From positions 1-25,938 of the IMG/VR virus record IMGVR_UViG_3300012664_000136: DNA of 25,938 nt. One strand, written 5' to 3'. The stretch is from a virus. Taxonomy: Duplodnaviria > Caudoviricetes. Each line of letters starts with the position of its first letter. Within the stretch, counting starts at the first letter, position 1. Positions 8,427 through 17,655 of this stretch are shown one piece after another. The notes under the pieces are model-generated. The model saw only the letters and a program-made list of their open reading frames with translations, did not search any database and was not told the DNA's origin. Position numbers and translations under genes: made by a program.

Positions 8427-10319
8427 ATTTTCGATTCTGTTGCGGTCTAACGCTTGTGCAGTTGTCATATCACCAGAAACAACGTAAGCCTTTGTAGGTT
8501 GTTGCTGCAATTGTGCTAACTGATTCATTCCTGAGTTTCCTACTACGTTAAAGTTTGGCGACATTACAGAATTTCCTTGACTTGCAGTAGTTGTCGGAGG
8601 AGTACCCCCACCTGTGTCATTTGGAACTTTTACACTAGTAATTGCTTTAATGTTTTTAACACCTGCTGCAATTGCTAAACCTGCGTTAATTGGTGCTAAT
8701 ACAGGACCTACTACAGGAATACCAACTGTACTTGTGTACGCTTTCTGAGCAGATAGAAACATCTGAATAGTAGCTTCTGCAATTGCTGCCGCTTTACCTG
8801 CTGCAGTTTGTTCTCCAAATAATTGTGAGATTTGACCTAAAGTGTCAGCAGTAGCAGTTAACGCATCTGCTTGATTCTTTTTCTTCTTTTCGTCTAATGC
8901 TTTTTCGTATTCATATAATCTTTGACGATTCTCTGCAATACCAACTAAACCTTTCTTTTCTTGCTCTTGGAATTCTTTAGTTTTTGCAAGGCTACCTGCT
9001 TTTAATGCTATAAGTTTTTCCTCGCCTGTAAATAAGTCTTTTGCTTGTGTGTTTTCTAAATCAGTTAATTCTTTTGTTTTTGCTTTTTCTAAATCAACTG
9101 TGTCTTGCTTGTATTTTTTAGCTAACGCAATTTGAGCGTCGTACTTTTCTTTAATATCACGAACTTGTTTATCGTATTCGGATTTAAATAAGTCTGTTGC
9201 TTCACGATTATTTTGTCTAATTTGCTCTAATGCTTCTTTACGTTTATCAGAATTTTCTTTAGCTTGTTCTTTACGTGTTTCTTCAGCTTCTTTCTTAGCA
9301 TCTTCTTTCGCTTTCTTTGCTTCAGCGTCAAACTCGTATTTATCATTTTTAAGTTTAGTAAGTTGGTCAGCTATTTCTTTTGCTTTGGTTCTGTTTGCTT
9401 TTACATCTTCTTCGTCACCATATAACCAACGTCCTGTAGCATTTAAACCAAATGCATCAAACGCTTGTGCAGTTTCTAAACCTTTTTTAGATTCACTTAA
9501 TAATTTCTTTTGTGCTTTTAATTGATTTTCAGTTTCTCTAATAGCTTTTGCGAAAGCTGCTTTACGCTTGTTGTTAATCTCGTCTTCTTCAAAGCCTACT
9601 CGTCTTAAAGTTCTAGCGTATTCATCAAAGTTGTCTACTGCACGTCTTGCTGCTTCTGCTTGTTTTTCTGTACTATCCGCGTATTTCTGTGCAGATGCTA
9701 GTCCTGAATTAAATGATTTTTTAATCTCATCCATATTCGTAACCAACAATGCAACTGCAGTTATTAGTAATCCAATACCTGTTGCAGCAAACACTTTACT
9801 AGCAGTAGTCATTCCTTGAAATGCTCCGACTGCGGTATTTTTTAATTGTACAAAGCTAGGAATGGCTTCTTTAATTCCTTGGAATCCTTGTTGAATTGCT
9901 AATGCTGATTGTACTTTAAGTAATGTTTTTTCTAGCTCTACAGATTCGCTCCCTAGAGCTCCCATTGCACCTTGAGCAACACTAAATCCTGAAGTAACTC
10001 CACCTAATGCACCTCCGAGTTTTTGACCCATTGTTGTGGCAGCAGCGTCAACTGCTAAGTCAGTTTGAATCTGAACCTTGCGGTAATCTCCTACGGTCTT
10101 TAATAAGTCCTTGTACTCTTGAGTTGTGGTCTTTCCTGCATTAGCTAATTCATATAACCTATCCTCAGCTTCACCCATACGAGTTGTGAGTGGTTGCAGG
10201 TCACCATATACTTCTTCAAAACTTGCTGAAACATCATGCGTAGCTTTGGAGAGATTCTCCATAGACTTAACCGCTTCTTTCGTGTTTACGTCAATCTCAA
10301 TTACTTTCTTTTCAGCCAT
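8409..10319 (-). CDS. Tape measure protein
   Basis: 636 aa with Ala/Lys/Glu coiled coils, Gly/Ala-rich hydrophobic segments (TGIGLLITAVALLV, GIPVVGPVLAP) and a C-terminal KAYVV motif. Confidence 0.75.
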   Translation of the reverse strand: MAEKKVIEIDVNTKEAVKSMENLSKATHDVSASFEEVYGDLQPLTTRMGEAEDRLYELANAGKTTTQEYKDLLKTVGDYRKVQIQTDLAVDAAATTMGQKLGGALGGVTSGFSVAQGAMGALGSESVELEKTLLKVQSALAIQQGFQGIKEAIPSFVQLKNTAVGAFQGMTTASKVFAATGIGLLITAVALLVTNMDEIKKSFNSGLASAQKYADSTEKQAEAARRAVDNFDEYARTLRRVGFEEDEINNKRKAAFAKAIRETENQLKAQKKLLSESKKGLETAQAFDAFGLNATGRWLYGDEEDVKANRTKAKEIADQLTKLKNDKYEFDAEAKKAKEDAKKEAEETRKEQAKENSDKRKEALEQIRQNNREATDLFKSEYDKQVRDIKEKYDAQIALAKKYKQDTVDLEKAKTKELTDLENTQAKDLFTGEEKLIALKAGSLAKTKEFQEQEKKGLVGIAENRQRLYEYEKALDEKKKKNQADALTATADTLGQISQLFGEQTAAGKAAAIAEATIQMFLSAQKAYTSTVGIPVVGPVLAPINAGLAIAAGVKNIKAITSVKVPNDTGGGTPPTTTASQGNSVMSPNFNVVGNSGMNQLAQLQQQPTKAYVVSGDMTTAQALDRNRIENATLVQ

Positions 10320-10473
10320 TAGTTTTATTTTTTAGTGCGTGTTTTCTTCTCTCTTGACGTGTCATTTTACGAAAGGATGTTGTATAAGCGTATTTTCCTT
10401 TTGCGATGTCTATGTTCTCTGATACTCCGTAGAAATTGTCTATGGCTAGCATTGCGATTATGTTCTTTATCAT
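10312..10473 (-). CDS. Small hypothetical protein (53 aa)
   Basis: Not in the ORF track. MIKNIIAMLAIDNFYGVSENIDIAKGKY...; ATGA overlap with the 10470 stop; fills the gap exactly. Confidence 0.6.
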   Translation of the reverse strand: MIKNIIAMLAIDNFYGVSENIDIAKGKYAYTTSFRKMTRQERRKHALKNKTNG

Positions 10474-12737
10474 TGTTGTATGATGTTTATGGTTCGTGTT
10501 TCTATGATTCCTGAATTCAATGTATATTCAACGTCTATTGGGTAAACAGTTCCTGCAGTTCCACTCGGTAAAGTTATTGTCACTAACTGAGCAGCTTCAA
10601 TGTAATCAGGTGCGATTATCACGTCCGCTGATGTTGTTGTAATAGATGCAGAATAAGTGTCGTTAACAAAGTCAATTGATAACTGAATATCTCCTCCGTC
10701 TACTCCTACGTTTGGAGTTTGCGTTAAATTCACCATTGGTCTGAAGTCTAAAATCAATTGAAAGTTTACCTCTCCAGTAGTTAGATTAGATTGCATTGAG
10801 TTAATTATATAACGCTTATCCCTGATTACCAATCTGTCATTTAAACGTAGTCCTGTCAATAATCCAATAGGTAGAATCGTTTTTACGCTGATTAATCTCT
10901 GCTTTAAGTTGTAAAGATTATACAGGTAACTAAAGTAGTACGTTCCAAATAATGTTTGTTGCACTGGCTCGTTAAGAATCGTTGAGATGTCAGGAGCGAA
11001 GTTTAACGTGTAGTTGGTTAAGTTCGTGTAAAGGTCTTGTCCAAATGGCGTGTAATCCAAAATAGTATTTGTAGAAGTTCCATCATTGAAATGGAAATCA
11101 GCGCTTTGGTTATCGTACTGATAAAGTAGAATTGGTTTAGGAATATACGGAGCAAATTCGTTGTTTAAAGAATAACCTACTTGTAAGTTTGTACCTGTGA
11201 ATTTCGTCTGTAACAAGTTCTCAAATGGAACGTCTAAAGTAAACTCATCTCCGTCATAAGAATATTGATAAGTCGTATCTCCATACTCACGCATGAACAA
11301 TTGACTAAATTGCTTGTTTAAGAATGATTCCGAGTTTTGATATTTCATCGTTACCTTCTTGTAGAGCTTCATTCTGTCTACGTCAATAGTATCTACGTCA
11401 ACAAATCTTGAGATGTCTACAATAGCTCCTGCTGAGTACCAATCGTCCAAAGGTTCTAACTGATAGGCATTCTCTGAAGTAGCGTAACACGTTAAGTTAA
11501 ATGCTTTACATATCCCTGAAAAGAATTCGCTTATCTTCATGACAGGTGACATAGAAGCCAAATCCGTGTTTACCACCATTACGTTGTTAGCACAAGTAGC
11601 TGAACAAATTGCAAAAGGTATGTAAACTCCTGCAATTATTGCTGAGATATTGTATATAACTGAAACATTTACAGTAACCGCAGTATGCGTTCTAACTTTA
11701 AACGTGTAAACTGAATCTAATCCAATTGTATCTTGAATTGTAATTGTAGGTAATGCACCCGATGTACTGAATGGCATACTTTGAATAAAGTTCCCATTTT
11801 GGTAAACATCTAAAATTGCACCAGTGGTTGCCGATATTGAATTGACGTTAACAATTATATTGTGGCTGCCTTGACTTAATCCTAAATACTGAACGTGAAT
11901 AGAATTATCGGTTAAATCAAATGCGTTACTTGCATCGTTTCCTGATGTAGATAAACTTGTGAAGTCAATCGGTTGTGCTTCTGAAAAGAAGTTAAACTCC
12001 TTTCTGTTTTTATACCACAAGAATAATTTAGTAAACCTGTCGTCACTTAGAAAGTTTCCGTTAAAAGTAACCCCGTATTTATCTGCAATTTGTTCAAAGA
12101 TTTTCTCTACTCTTAATGCAGGGAATAACTCTGTGTAGTGAATGTGTCCTGCGTTCTGATGTATATCATGTGCACTATTTGTTGGAATAGAATAGTAGGC
12201 AGGTGAAATAGTTGTCGGAGGATTTCCGTCATAAGTCCAAACTCTCTTTGAGCTGATTAAAGGATATTTAACATCGTACGTGTTTGCGTTGTCTTCAATT
12301 CTTGCTTTTACTTCTGCTCCGTTGTAAAGGTGATTTACAGGTGTGTAATCTAAGTCAGATAATAAGTCCTCTCCAAAGTAATCTAACAACGTCTTACCTT
12401 CTCCAAAGAACTGTAAAGTATAGCTTTCTGCTTGTCCGTTTTTTAGTTGTGCTTTGTCAATCTGAATTTTACCTCTACGAAAGAAAGTCAAGTCAATCTC
12501 TATGAAAGCATTCCTGCGTATGTTATGGTCAATCGTGGAGTTTACATCACTCTGATAAAAGTGCTGCAGTATTGCGTTGTTATAAGTAGAAGCAGGAATT
12601 GTGAAACTCTGAGAAAAGTCCGTGTAAGTCTTGGAAATGTCCGCTATATTCTGTTGCGTAGATGTAACCTGAATCTGCTCATCGTTGAATAGCTCAAGTC
12701 TTTGTCCTTCGATATATACTTGTATCTTTCTATTCAT
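10470..12737 (-). CDS. Large tail/tail-tip structural protein
   Basis: 755 aa, beta- and aromatic-rich, with N-terminal FSQSFTIPA and YPLI motifs; adjacent to the tape measure gene. Confidence 0.6.
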   Translation of the reverse strand: MNRKIQVYIEGQRLELFNDEQIQVTSTQQNIADISKTYTDFSQSFTIPASTYNNAILQHFYQSDVNSTIDHNIRRNAFIEIDLTFFRRGKIQIDKAQLKNGQAESYTLQFFGEGKTLLDYFGEDLLSDLDYTPVNHLYNGAEVKARIEDNANTYDVKYPLISSKRVWTYDGNPPTTISPAYYSIPTNSAHDIHQNAGHIHYTELFPALRVEKIFEQIADKYGVTFNGNFLSDDRFTKLFLWYKNRKEFNFFSEAQPIDFTSLSTSGNDASNAFDLTDNSIHVQYLGLSQGSHNIIVNVNSISATTGAILDVYQNGNFIQSMPFSTSGALPTITIQDTIGLDSVYTFKVRTHTAVTVNVSVIYNISAIIAGVYIPFAICSATCANNVMVVNTDLASMSPVMKISEFFSGICKAFNLTCYATSENAYQLEPLDDWYSAGAIVDISRFVDVDTIDVDRMKLYKKVTMKYQNSESFLNKQFSQLFMREYGDTTYQYSYDGDEFTLDVPFENLLQTKFTGTNLQVGYSLNNEFAPYIPKPILLYQYDNQSADFHFNDGTSTNTILDYTPFGQDLYTNLTNYTLNFAPDISTILNEPVQQTLFGTYYFSYLYNLYNLKQRLISVKTILPIGLLTGLRLNDRLVIRDKRYIINSMQSNLTTGEVNFQLILDFRPMVNLTQTPNVGVDGGDIQLSIDFVNDTYSASITTTSADVIIAPDYIEAAQLVTITLPSGTAGTVYPIDVEYTLNSGIIETRTINIIQQ

Positions 12738-13783
12738 TACACTACAGAGTTAATTGTGTCGTAAGCGTATTCAAAATCTAGTTGGTAATTAATCATGTGT
12801 GTGTTTATGCTTTTGAAAAGCTCTGTTGATTTCGTGTTTATCTTCACTGGGGATTTATCAAGTAGGATTCTTTCGCTCAACATGAGTTGTTTAATCGTTT
12901 CTGAGAAACTTTCATCTACCCAATCAGTATTTGCCTTAATCTGTTCCTTTGCGTTTGTGTTAAAGACTTTTCTTTGTCCTTCTAAAACGTCATAACTTGG
13001 ATATGTTGAAGGCATTAAATTATATTCCGTGTTCTCAACGCTGATTGAATTGTTACTCGCTTTGAAAAACCACTCTGTTTGCCATGCTCCAAACTTGTTA
13101 ACGAAGTCGCAACGAATCGGTGTATATTTACATTCTGATTTAGGTCTGAATGTCGCACTCCATACGGTGCTTCCTCCCGTTGTAATCTCAACTAAATTAC
13201 CATCGTTTAAATATGTCGGCCATACTTTTGCCCAATCATTTACGTTAGACGTAGCTAAAGAACCTGTCTGAACTCCTCCTGTTACTAGATTCGTGTATTT
13301 GATTGAATATCCACTCGCTCCTTCAATTGTAATGTGTCCTGTGTTCCCTGTACCATCGTTGTAATAGTAAGAGTCTATAGGTGAAAGATGTGCTATAAAT
13401 AAATTAGGATTTGCTCCGTCTGTGTAATTTCCGTACCCTTCATAACACCTTCTTGTAATTGTAGTTCCAAACTGAACGAATCCACCTGTAGTTTTCTTGA
13501 AAGTCTTGATTCCAATCCAGCACCATTGAGCAGCAGGAGTAACAGGATTCCCACTTGTGACGTTCTGCAATGCGTTGTGACTGATATACTCACGAATGTA
13601 AGGAGATAAGTCATAGTAAGTAGCAGGTGAGCTAGATGAAGGAATGTTTTTACTTAACGTGTACGCAGGTGAACTTGGCATTGGAGTAGTATTACCATTC
13701 CAAAGGAAGATTTGAATCATAGAAGCAGTCTGTCCTGTTTCGTTGATTGTTAGAATATAAGGTGAACGTGCGAAAATTGACAT
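12737..13783 (-). CDS. Tail structural protein
   Basis: 348 aa, beta-rich, with FARSPY, FVNKFG and QLMLSE motifs; in the tail module. Confidence 0.55.
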   Translation of the reverse strand: MSIFARSPYILTINETGQTASMIQIFLWNGNTTPMPSSPAYTLSKNIPSSSSPATYYDLSPYIREYISHNALQNVTSGNPVTPAAQWCWIGIKTFKKTTGGFVQFGTTITRRCYEGYGNYTDGANPNLFIAHLSPIDSYYYNDGTGNTGHITIEGASGYSIKYTNLVTGGVQTGSLATSNVNDWAKVWPTYLNDGNLVEITTGGSTVWSATFRPKSECKYTPIRCDFVNKFGAWQTEWFFKASNNSISVENTEYNLMPSTYPSYDVLEGQRKVFNTNAKEQIKANTDWVDESFSETIKQLMLSERILLDKSPVKINTKSTELFKSINTHMINYQLDFEYAYDTINSVV

Positions 13784-14293
13784 CTATTTTTGTGTTGGGA
13801 ATACTGTGTTATTAAATAATTTTATTGCGTCTAATCCGAATGCTTCAACTAGGTCTTCAGGTAAGCGCTTGATTGCTTTTTCAAATGGTTTGGTAAAGAA
13901 TAAACTAGGTTTAATTCCGTTGTAATATACTGAACGAGCAATTGCAAATGATAAAGACTTTCGGTTTTTAAACTTTCCTTTTTCTCTAGGTGCTAATCCT
14001 TTACGAACTACCCATTTATCGAATGCTTTTGCAGGTGGCATTTTGTTCGTGTATTTGAAGTCCGTGTTGTACTTCTTTTTAATACCTGAAACCCCTTTGT
14101 CTTGATAGAAACCGTACTCCTCCATTGAGAAGTCCATCTCGAATGAATTAGGATTTGCTTTTACGTTACCCTTAATTGAATTATATAAACTCTTTGACGA
14201 GTTCTTTCCTTGACGTGTTAAGTTAGATTTCGCCTGACTCACTACGTAATCACGGAACTTGTTTAATTCGTTTTGTAACTCGCTTTGTTGCAT
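13784..14293 (-). CDS. Putative tail-completion/neck protein (HK97 gp10-like)
   Basis: Basic protein with S-x-x-LYNSI, YG-x-YQD-x-G and GIKP-x-x-FF-x-x-PF motifs. Confidence 0.55.
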   Translation of the reverse strand: MQQSELQNELNKFRDYVVSQAKSNLTRQGKNSSKSLYNSIKGNVKANPNSFEMDFSMEEYGFYQDKGVSGIKKKYNTDFKYTNKMPPAKAFDKWVVRKGLAPREKGKFKNRKSLSFAIARSVYYNGIKPSLFFTKPFEKAIKRLPEDLVEAFGLDAIKLFNNTVFPTQK

Positions 14294-14748
14294 CAGCAGA
14301 TAGTCATTTCATTTGGCACTACAACGTCAAAAGTCATTGTCCATCCTGCAAGTAAGTTCTCGAATCTCTCTGTGAATGGCTCCAGTGTAGGGTCTGTTTC
14401 AATCACATATTTATCATCCCATAAATTACCATGTAACATCTGTTGGTAAGCACGATTTAAAACTGCGTGCTGCGTGTTTAATACATCAAGCTCGTTGTTA
14501 TTCTCTTGGAATACATCTACAACTTCAGACTTGGAAATATCAACGATGTCCATAGCTAAAATTGATACGTTAAAGCTCATTGTGTTATCTCCTAACGTAG
14601 AACTATTCACCATGATATGAGTAAGTGGAAATATAGTCTGTTTGTTTAGGTCTACTTGAAAGATGTCTCCTTGTGTAACTGAATTCACAATTGGGTCACT
14701 ATCAAAGTGAACTTTTAATTTATTTAGTAAGTCGTAGAATCCTGTCAT
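14293..14748 (-). CDS. Putative tail terminator/completion protein
   Basis: 151-aa acidic protein with FPL-x-H and AGW motifs; call supported by position. Confidence 0.45.
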   Translation of the reverse strand: MTGFYDLLNKLKVHFDSDPIVNSVTQGDIFQVDLNKQTIFPLTHIMVNSSTLGDNTMSFNVSILAMDIVDISKSEVVDVFQENNNELDVLNTQHAVLNRAYQQMLHGNLWDDKYVIETDPTLEPFTERFENLLAGWTMTFDVVVPNEMTIC

Positions 14749-15020
14749 CTTTTTAAATTACGTTGGAATTGTCTGTGTTCGATTTCGTTTTTTTGCTTTT
14801 CGAAGACAAGATAGGTGAGACATTTAGTAAGTCTGAGTTCGGTAACTTCATCAAATCGTGTAACATCTCCTTTTGCGAGAGCATAAATTGATTGATACCA
14901 TCCCCATCGTTTTGCAAACTGAGTTGTTTCTGAAAAGTCGTTGATAGGTTCTTGTCCTTCTTCATCTCCTTCTCCAAATAGTTCAGGGTAGCCTGCAGTA
15001 ACTCGTTTCCTAAACTCCAA
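14745..15020 (-). CDS. -1 frameshift extension (gpT-like) of the tail assembly chaperone
   Basis: The frame opens at the T9 run and has only a TTG start; its stop is ATGA-coupled to the next gene at 14748. Confidence 0.65.
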   Translation of the reverse strand: MEFRKRVTAGYPELFGEGDEEGQEPINDFSETTQFAKRWGWYQSIYALAKGDVTRFDEVTELRLTKCLTYLVFEKQKNEIEHRQFQRNLKR

Positions 15021-15520
15021 AAAAAAACAGATGATGCTATTACCACATCCAATGGAGCGAACTTCATCAATTCCTGAAAGTCAACATTCGGTTCATAAGG
15101 TAAAATATCATATTTATCTTTTCGTGTTTTCACGATTGGTCTGTACATTACTGCCATCGCTTTATGATAACTATCCCAATTCGTAAGGTGTGATTCTAAA
15201 TCCACATACTCACCGAATGTAATTGCTTCTAGTTCAGGAATGAATCCGAATTCAATCTCTCCTTCTTCAGCTTTTATTTTAAACCTGTTTTGAAACTGAG
15301 GTTTCTCTGAAAATAACTTTGTGAAGTGTGCTATAAGCTCATTTAAGCTAGTGAGCTTCATTTTAACTACGTCCTTTAACTCTATGCCACAAAAGATTTC
15401 TACCATCTTCTGAGCGACAAATTCTTCATCGTTGGAATCTGCCTGAACTTTAAGAAAGTCTTGGTAGTGTTTAAGTGGAATTTCACTTAGGCTTGAAGGT
15501 ACGTTGATTTCTAACTTCAT
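14753..15520 (-). CDS. Putative tail assembly chaperone (gpG-like)
   Basis: Contains a T9 slippery run (15019-15027; VFFW) and has an overlapping -1 frame ORF. Confidence 0.6.
   Translation of the reverse strand: MKLEINVPSSLSEIPLKHYQDFLKVQADSNDEEFVAQKMVEIFCGIELKDVVKMKLTSLNELIAHFTKLFSEKPQFQNRFKIKAEEGEIEFGFIPELEAITFGEYVDLESHLTNWDSYHKAMAVMYRPIVKTRKDKYDILPYEPNVDFQELMKFAPLDVVIASSVFFWSLGNELLQATLNYLEKEMKKDKNLSTTFQKQLSLQNDGDGINQFMLSQKEMLHDLMKLPNSDLLNVSPILSSKSKKTKSNTDNSNVI
15019..15027 (-). other. Programmed -1 ribosomal frameshift slippery site
   Basis: GTT TTT TTT TGG contains an X XXY YYZ heptamer; the frame offset between the two ORFs is -1. Confidence 0.65.
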
Positions 15521-15527
15521 AATTTTA

Positions 15528-15553
15528 AAACGATTTAATTTTTGTTTTGTTGC
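15528..15553 (-). promoter_or_regulatory. Putative ECF-sigma promoter (GCAACA-N13-ATCGTT) for tail operon
   Basis: AAC-N16-CGT; CGT ends 9 nt before the ATG at 15520. Confidence 0.65.
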
Positions 15554-15714
15554 GCTAGGATAATGTCGTAGGCTGCGGTCAACATCTGAAAGTGTCTGCG
15601 TATCATCATAACATCATCGAATACTATTACAATCCGTTTTCCTGTACGCTGATAGATATAATCCTCTACGACTCTTTTCATCATTGGCAAATCATCTGAT
15701 GTTGTATTGTCCAT
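15535..15714 (-). CDS. Small hypothetical protein (59 aa)
   Basis: Not in the ORF track. MDNTTSDDLPMMKRVVEDYIYQRTGKRIVI...; fills the gap after terL. Confidence 0.55.
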   Translation of the reverse strand: MDNTTSDDLPMMKRVVEDYIYQRTGKRIVIVFDDVMMIRRHFQMLTAAYDIILAQQNKN

Positions 15715-16960
15715 AGTTTTTATTTACTAAATAGTACATCCTCATCATTAAAGCATCGCTATAATCAGGTGAACGCCCAATGTTTTTCTTTATTTCGTCT
15801 TTTGATAGTAACGATATTTTATTAGCATCTAATGTTCGTGCCAACCTGACATATTCAAGTTCCTGAGTTAGGAATCTTTCTACAGTTGAATTACATTTAA
15901 CATATATTTCATTGCGATTAATATACTCCGCCAATTTATAGTAACATTGTGTTTTTAAGTTAGCAAAGTTTTCATCTTTGCCTGCAACTTTTATAGGTCT
16001 TGAATTATTTACAAATCCTTGACACTTTAATATATCAACAACACCTCCTCCAACTCCATCTTCGTCACAAAGAATATTGTTAGTATTAACATTGTACTTA
16101 TTTTTTAATTCGTTAATTATATTTGCTGACTCGGTAACTAAAGATGTTTGTTTTTCTATAATTTCAACAACCCTTAATCCATCCCATACACAAATAACGG
16201 TTTTATCGTTTCCTAATCGTGCAATATCGGCAGTAATATATTTAATGCCATCTAAAATGTGTGTGTTTGAAAATATCTTTGATATAGATTCATTAGCGAT
16301 TAACTGCCCTTCATCTTCACTTGCTTCAGCTTCATACAATTCCTTAAATATCTTTTCAGGTAAATCTTTCCTAGCTTGTTCTACTTCTTCTTGACTTAAG
16401 ATACCTTCTCGAATGGCATCCCAACAAGTAACCCTAAAATATTCATACATTGGGTCACTTTTAGATTTCTCCTTTAACTTATGCACCCAATTAGAAATCC
16501 CACCAAAGTTTCCGATTAATTTACATGGAGCTTCTGTTGCGGTTAAAGTAGAGCGTAAGGCAAACCATGCCTCTTCCCTTGCTCGTGGTGCTTCATCAAA
16601 TACACAAGCGTAAACATCTTCACCGAACAAATTATCAGGCTTTTCAGCACTTTTAAAATGAATCTCTGCACCATTTGGACAAGTAATTATTAATGTGGTT
16701 TCATTAAATTTAAATCCATCTACATTATACAGATTTCTTCTTAGTCGTTTAAATGCAATTTTTGTTTGATTATAAACAGGGGCTACCCACCAATAGTTTT
16801 TACCTGTTGCTGATTGAGATTCCATTGCCTTGCCAAATAACCATAATATATGGCTATGCGTTTTACCTACTTTGGTACTTGCTTCAGTAATTGTAAATCT
16901 AGCTTTACTGAATAAAATGTTTTTTTGGTAGTCAGTTAAATGTGGTTTAGCTATAACCAT
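15692..16960 (-). CDS. terL: Terminase large subunit
   Basis: Walker A (ASTKVGKT), Walker B (CVFDEA) and RNase H-like nuclease motifs (ADIARLGND, DEDGVGGG, SPDYSDA). Confidence 0.93.
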   Translation of the reverse strand: MVIAKPHLTDYQKNILFSKARFTITEASTKVGKTHSHILWLFGKAMESQSATGKNYWWVAPVYNQTKIAFKRLRRNLYNVDGFKFNETTLIITCPNGAEIHFKSAEKPDNLFGEDVYACVFDEAPRAREEAWFALRSTLTATEAPCKLIGNFGGISNWVHKLKEKSKSDPMYEYFRVTCWDAIREGILSQEEVEQARKDLPEKIFKELYEAEASEDEGQLIANESISKIFSNTHILDGIKYITADIARLGNDKTVICVWDGLRVVEIIEKQTSLVTESANIINELKNKYNVNTNNILCDEDGVGGGVVDILKCQGFVNNSRPIKVAGKDENFANLKTQCYYKLAEYINRNEIYVKCNSTVERFLTQELEYVRLARTLDANKISLLSKDEIKKNIGRSPDYSDALMMRMYYLVNKNYGQYNIR

Positions 16961-17226
16961 TTATTCATATCAATTGTTTGAATCGTATGCTCTATTTGCT
17001 CACTTATTGTTTGATGTGGCTTTCCAAGTGTGTACTCTAGCAATATTTTTAAAGCTGACATACGGTCTTTATCTTCACTTAAAGCAATGTCTTTACATCT
17101 CCTTAAAATAAGTTGTACATCATCCTCTGTTAAGGCAGCATCAATAGCAGTTTTATAATTGTTTTTTCTCTTATCTATTCCTATTGCTTTTGTGCTATGT
17201 CCGCCATTATTTTTACGTTTATCCAT
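16951..17226 (-). CDS. Probable terminase small subunit
   Basis: 91 aa overlapping the terL start; basic N-terminus (DKRKNNGG), helical core, LEYTLGKP motif. Confidence 0.6.
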   Translation of the reverse strand: MDKRKNNGGHSTKAIGIDKRKNNYKTAIDAALTEDDVQLILRRCKDIALSEDKDRMSALKILLEYTLGKPHQTISEQIEHTIQTIDMNKWL

Positions 17227-17238
17227 AATTAAAAGAAA

Positions 17239-17274
17239 TTAATATTTAATTCTTGGTCTTCCTACTTTTGCCAT
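17239..17274 (-). pseudogene. 11-codon mini-ORF MAKVGRPRIKY, possible relic of another small terminase gene
   Basis: ATG with an A-rich context 3 nt after the upstream stop; GRP[RK] starts are common in small terminases. Confidence 0.35.
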
Positions 17275-17277
17275 TTT

Positions 17278-17469
17278 TTATTTCGTGTTTTGGTATCTGT
17301 TTAAATGTTCTTTATATTCTTCTTCCGTTATTTCTGATTGACAGAAAAACTTTTCAAACGGAACGTATATATATACTGCGTGATTTCCTTCAGTTTTTAA
17401 TTGTTCAATGACACCATCTATATAAGGCATCACATCTTTTCCGAATTCAATTCTATAATACTTTTTCAT
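17278..17469 (-). CDS. Hypothetical protein, paralog of 17466-17654
   Basis: KYY-x-I-x-x-GK ... L-x-x-x-G-x-H ... EI-x-E-x-E ... H ... NTK pattern shared with its neighbour. Confidence 0.7.
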   Translation of the reverse strand: MKKYYRIEFGKDVMPYIDGVIEQLKTEGNHAVYIYVPFEKFFCQSEITEEEYKEHLNRYQNTK

Positions 17470-17654
17470 TTCGTGTTTTTGTGTTTCTTAAAGTGGTCTA
17501 AAAATTCATTCTCGTCTATCTCTTCAACACACATTAATCCATCTGCATCTGTAAGGTAAACAACATAGTGATATCCTTGCTTTGTTAGATGGTCAGTTAG
17601 AACGTTTGCTTCTGCAATCATTTCTTTTCCGTGGTCAATGAGATAATATTTCAT
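17466..17654 (-). CDS. Hypothetical protein (start reassigned to MKYYLIDH at 17654)
   Basis: ATG 1 nt after the upstream stop; aligns with the downstream paralog. Confidence 0.7.
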   Translation of the reverse strand: MKYYLIDHGKEMIAEANVLTDHLTKQGYHYVVYLTDADGLMCVEEIDENEFLDHFKKHKNTK

Positions 17655-17655
17655 T

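Noticed and set aside
13393-13614. Alternative-frame minus-strand ORF (also 20386-20574)
   Set aside because: Nested in longer genes, with no motif, coupling or slippery site to support it.
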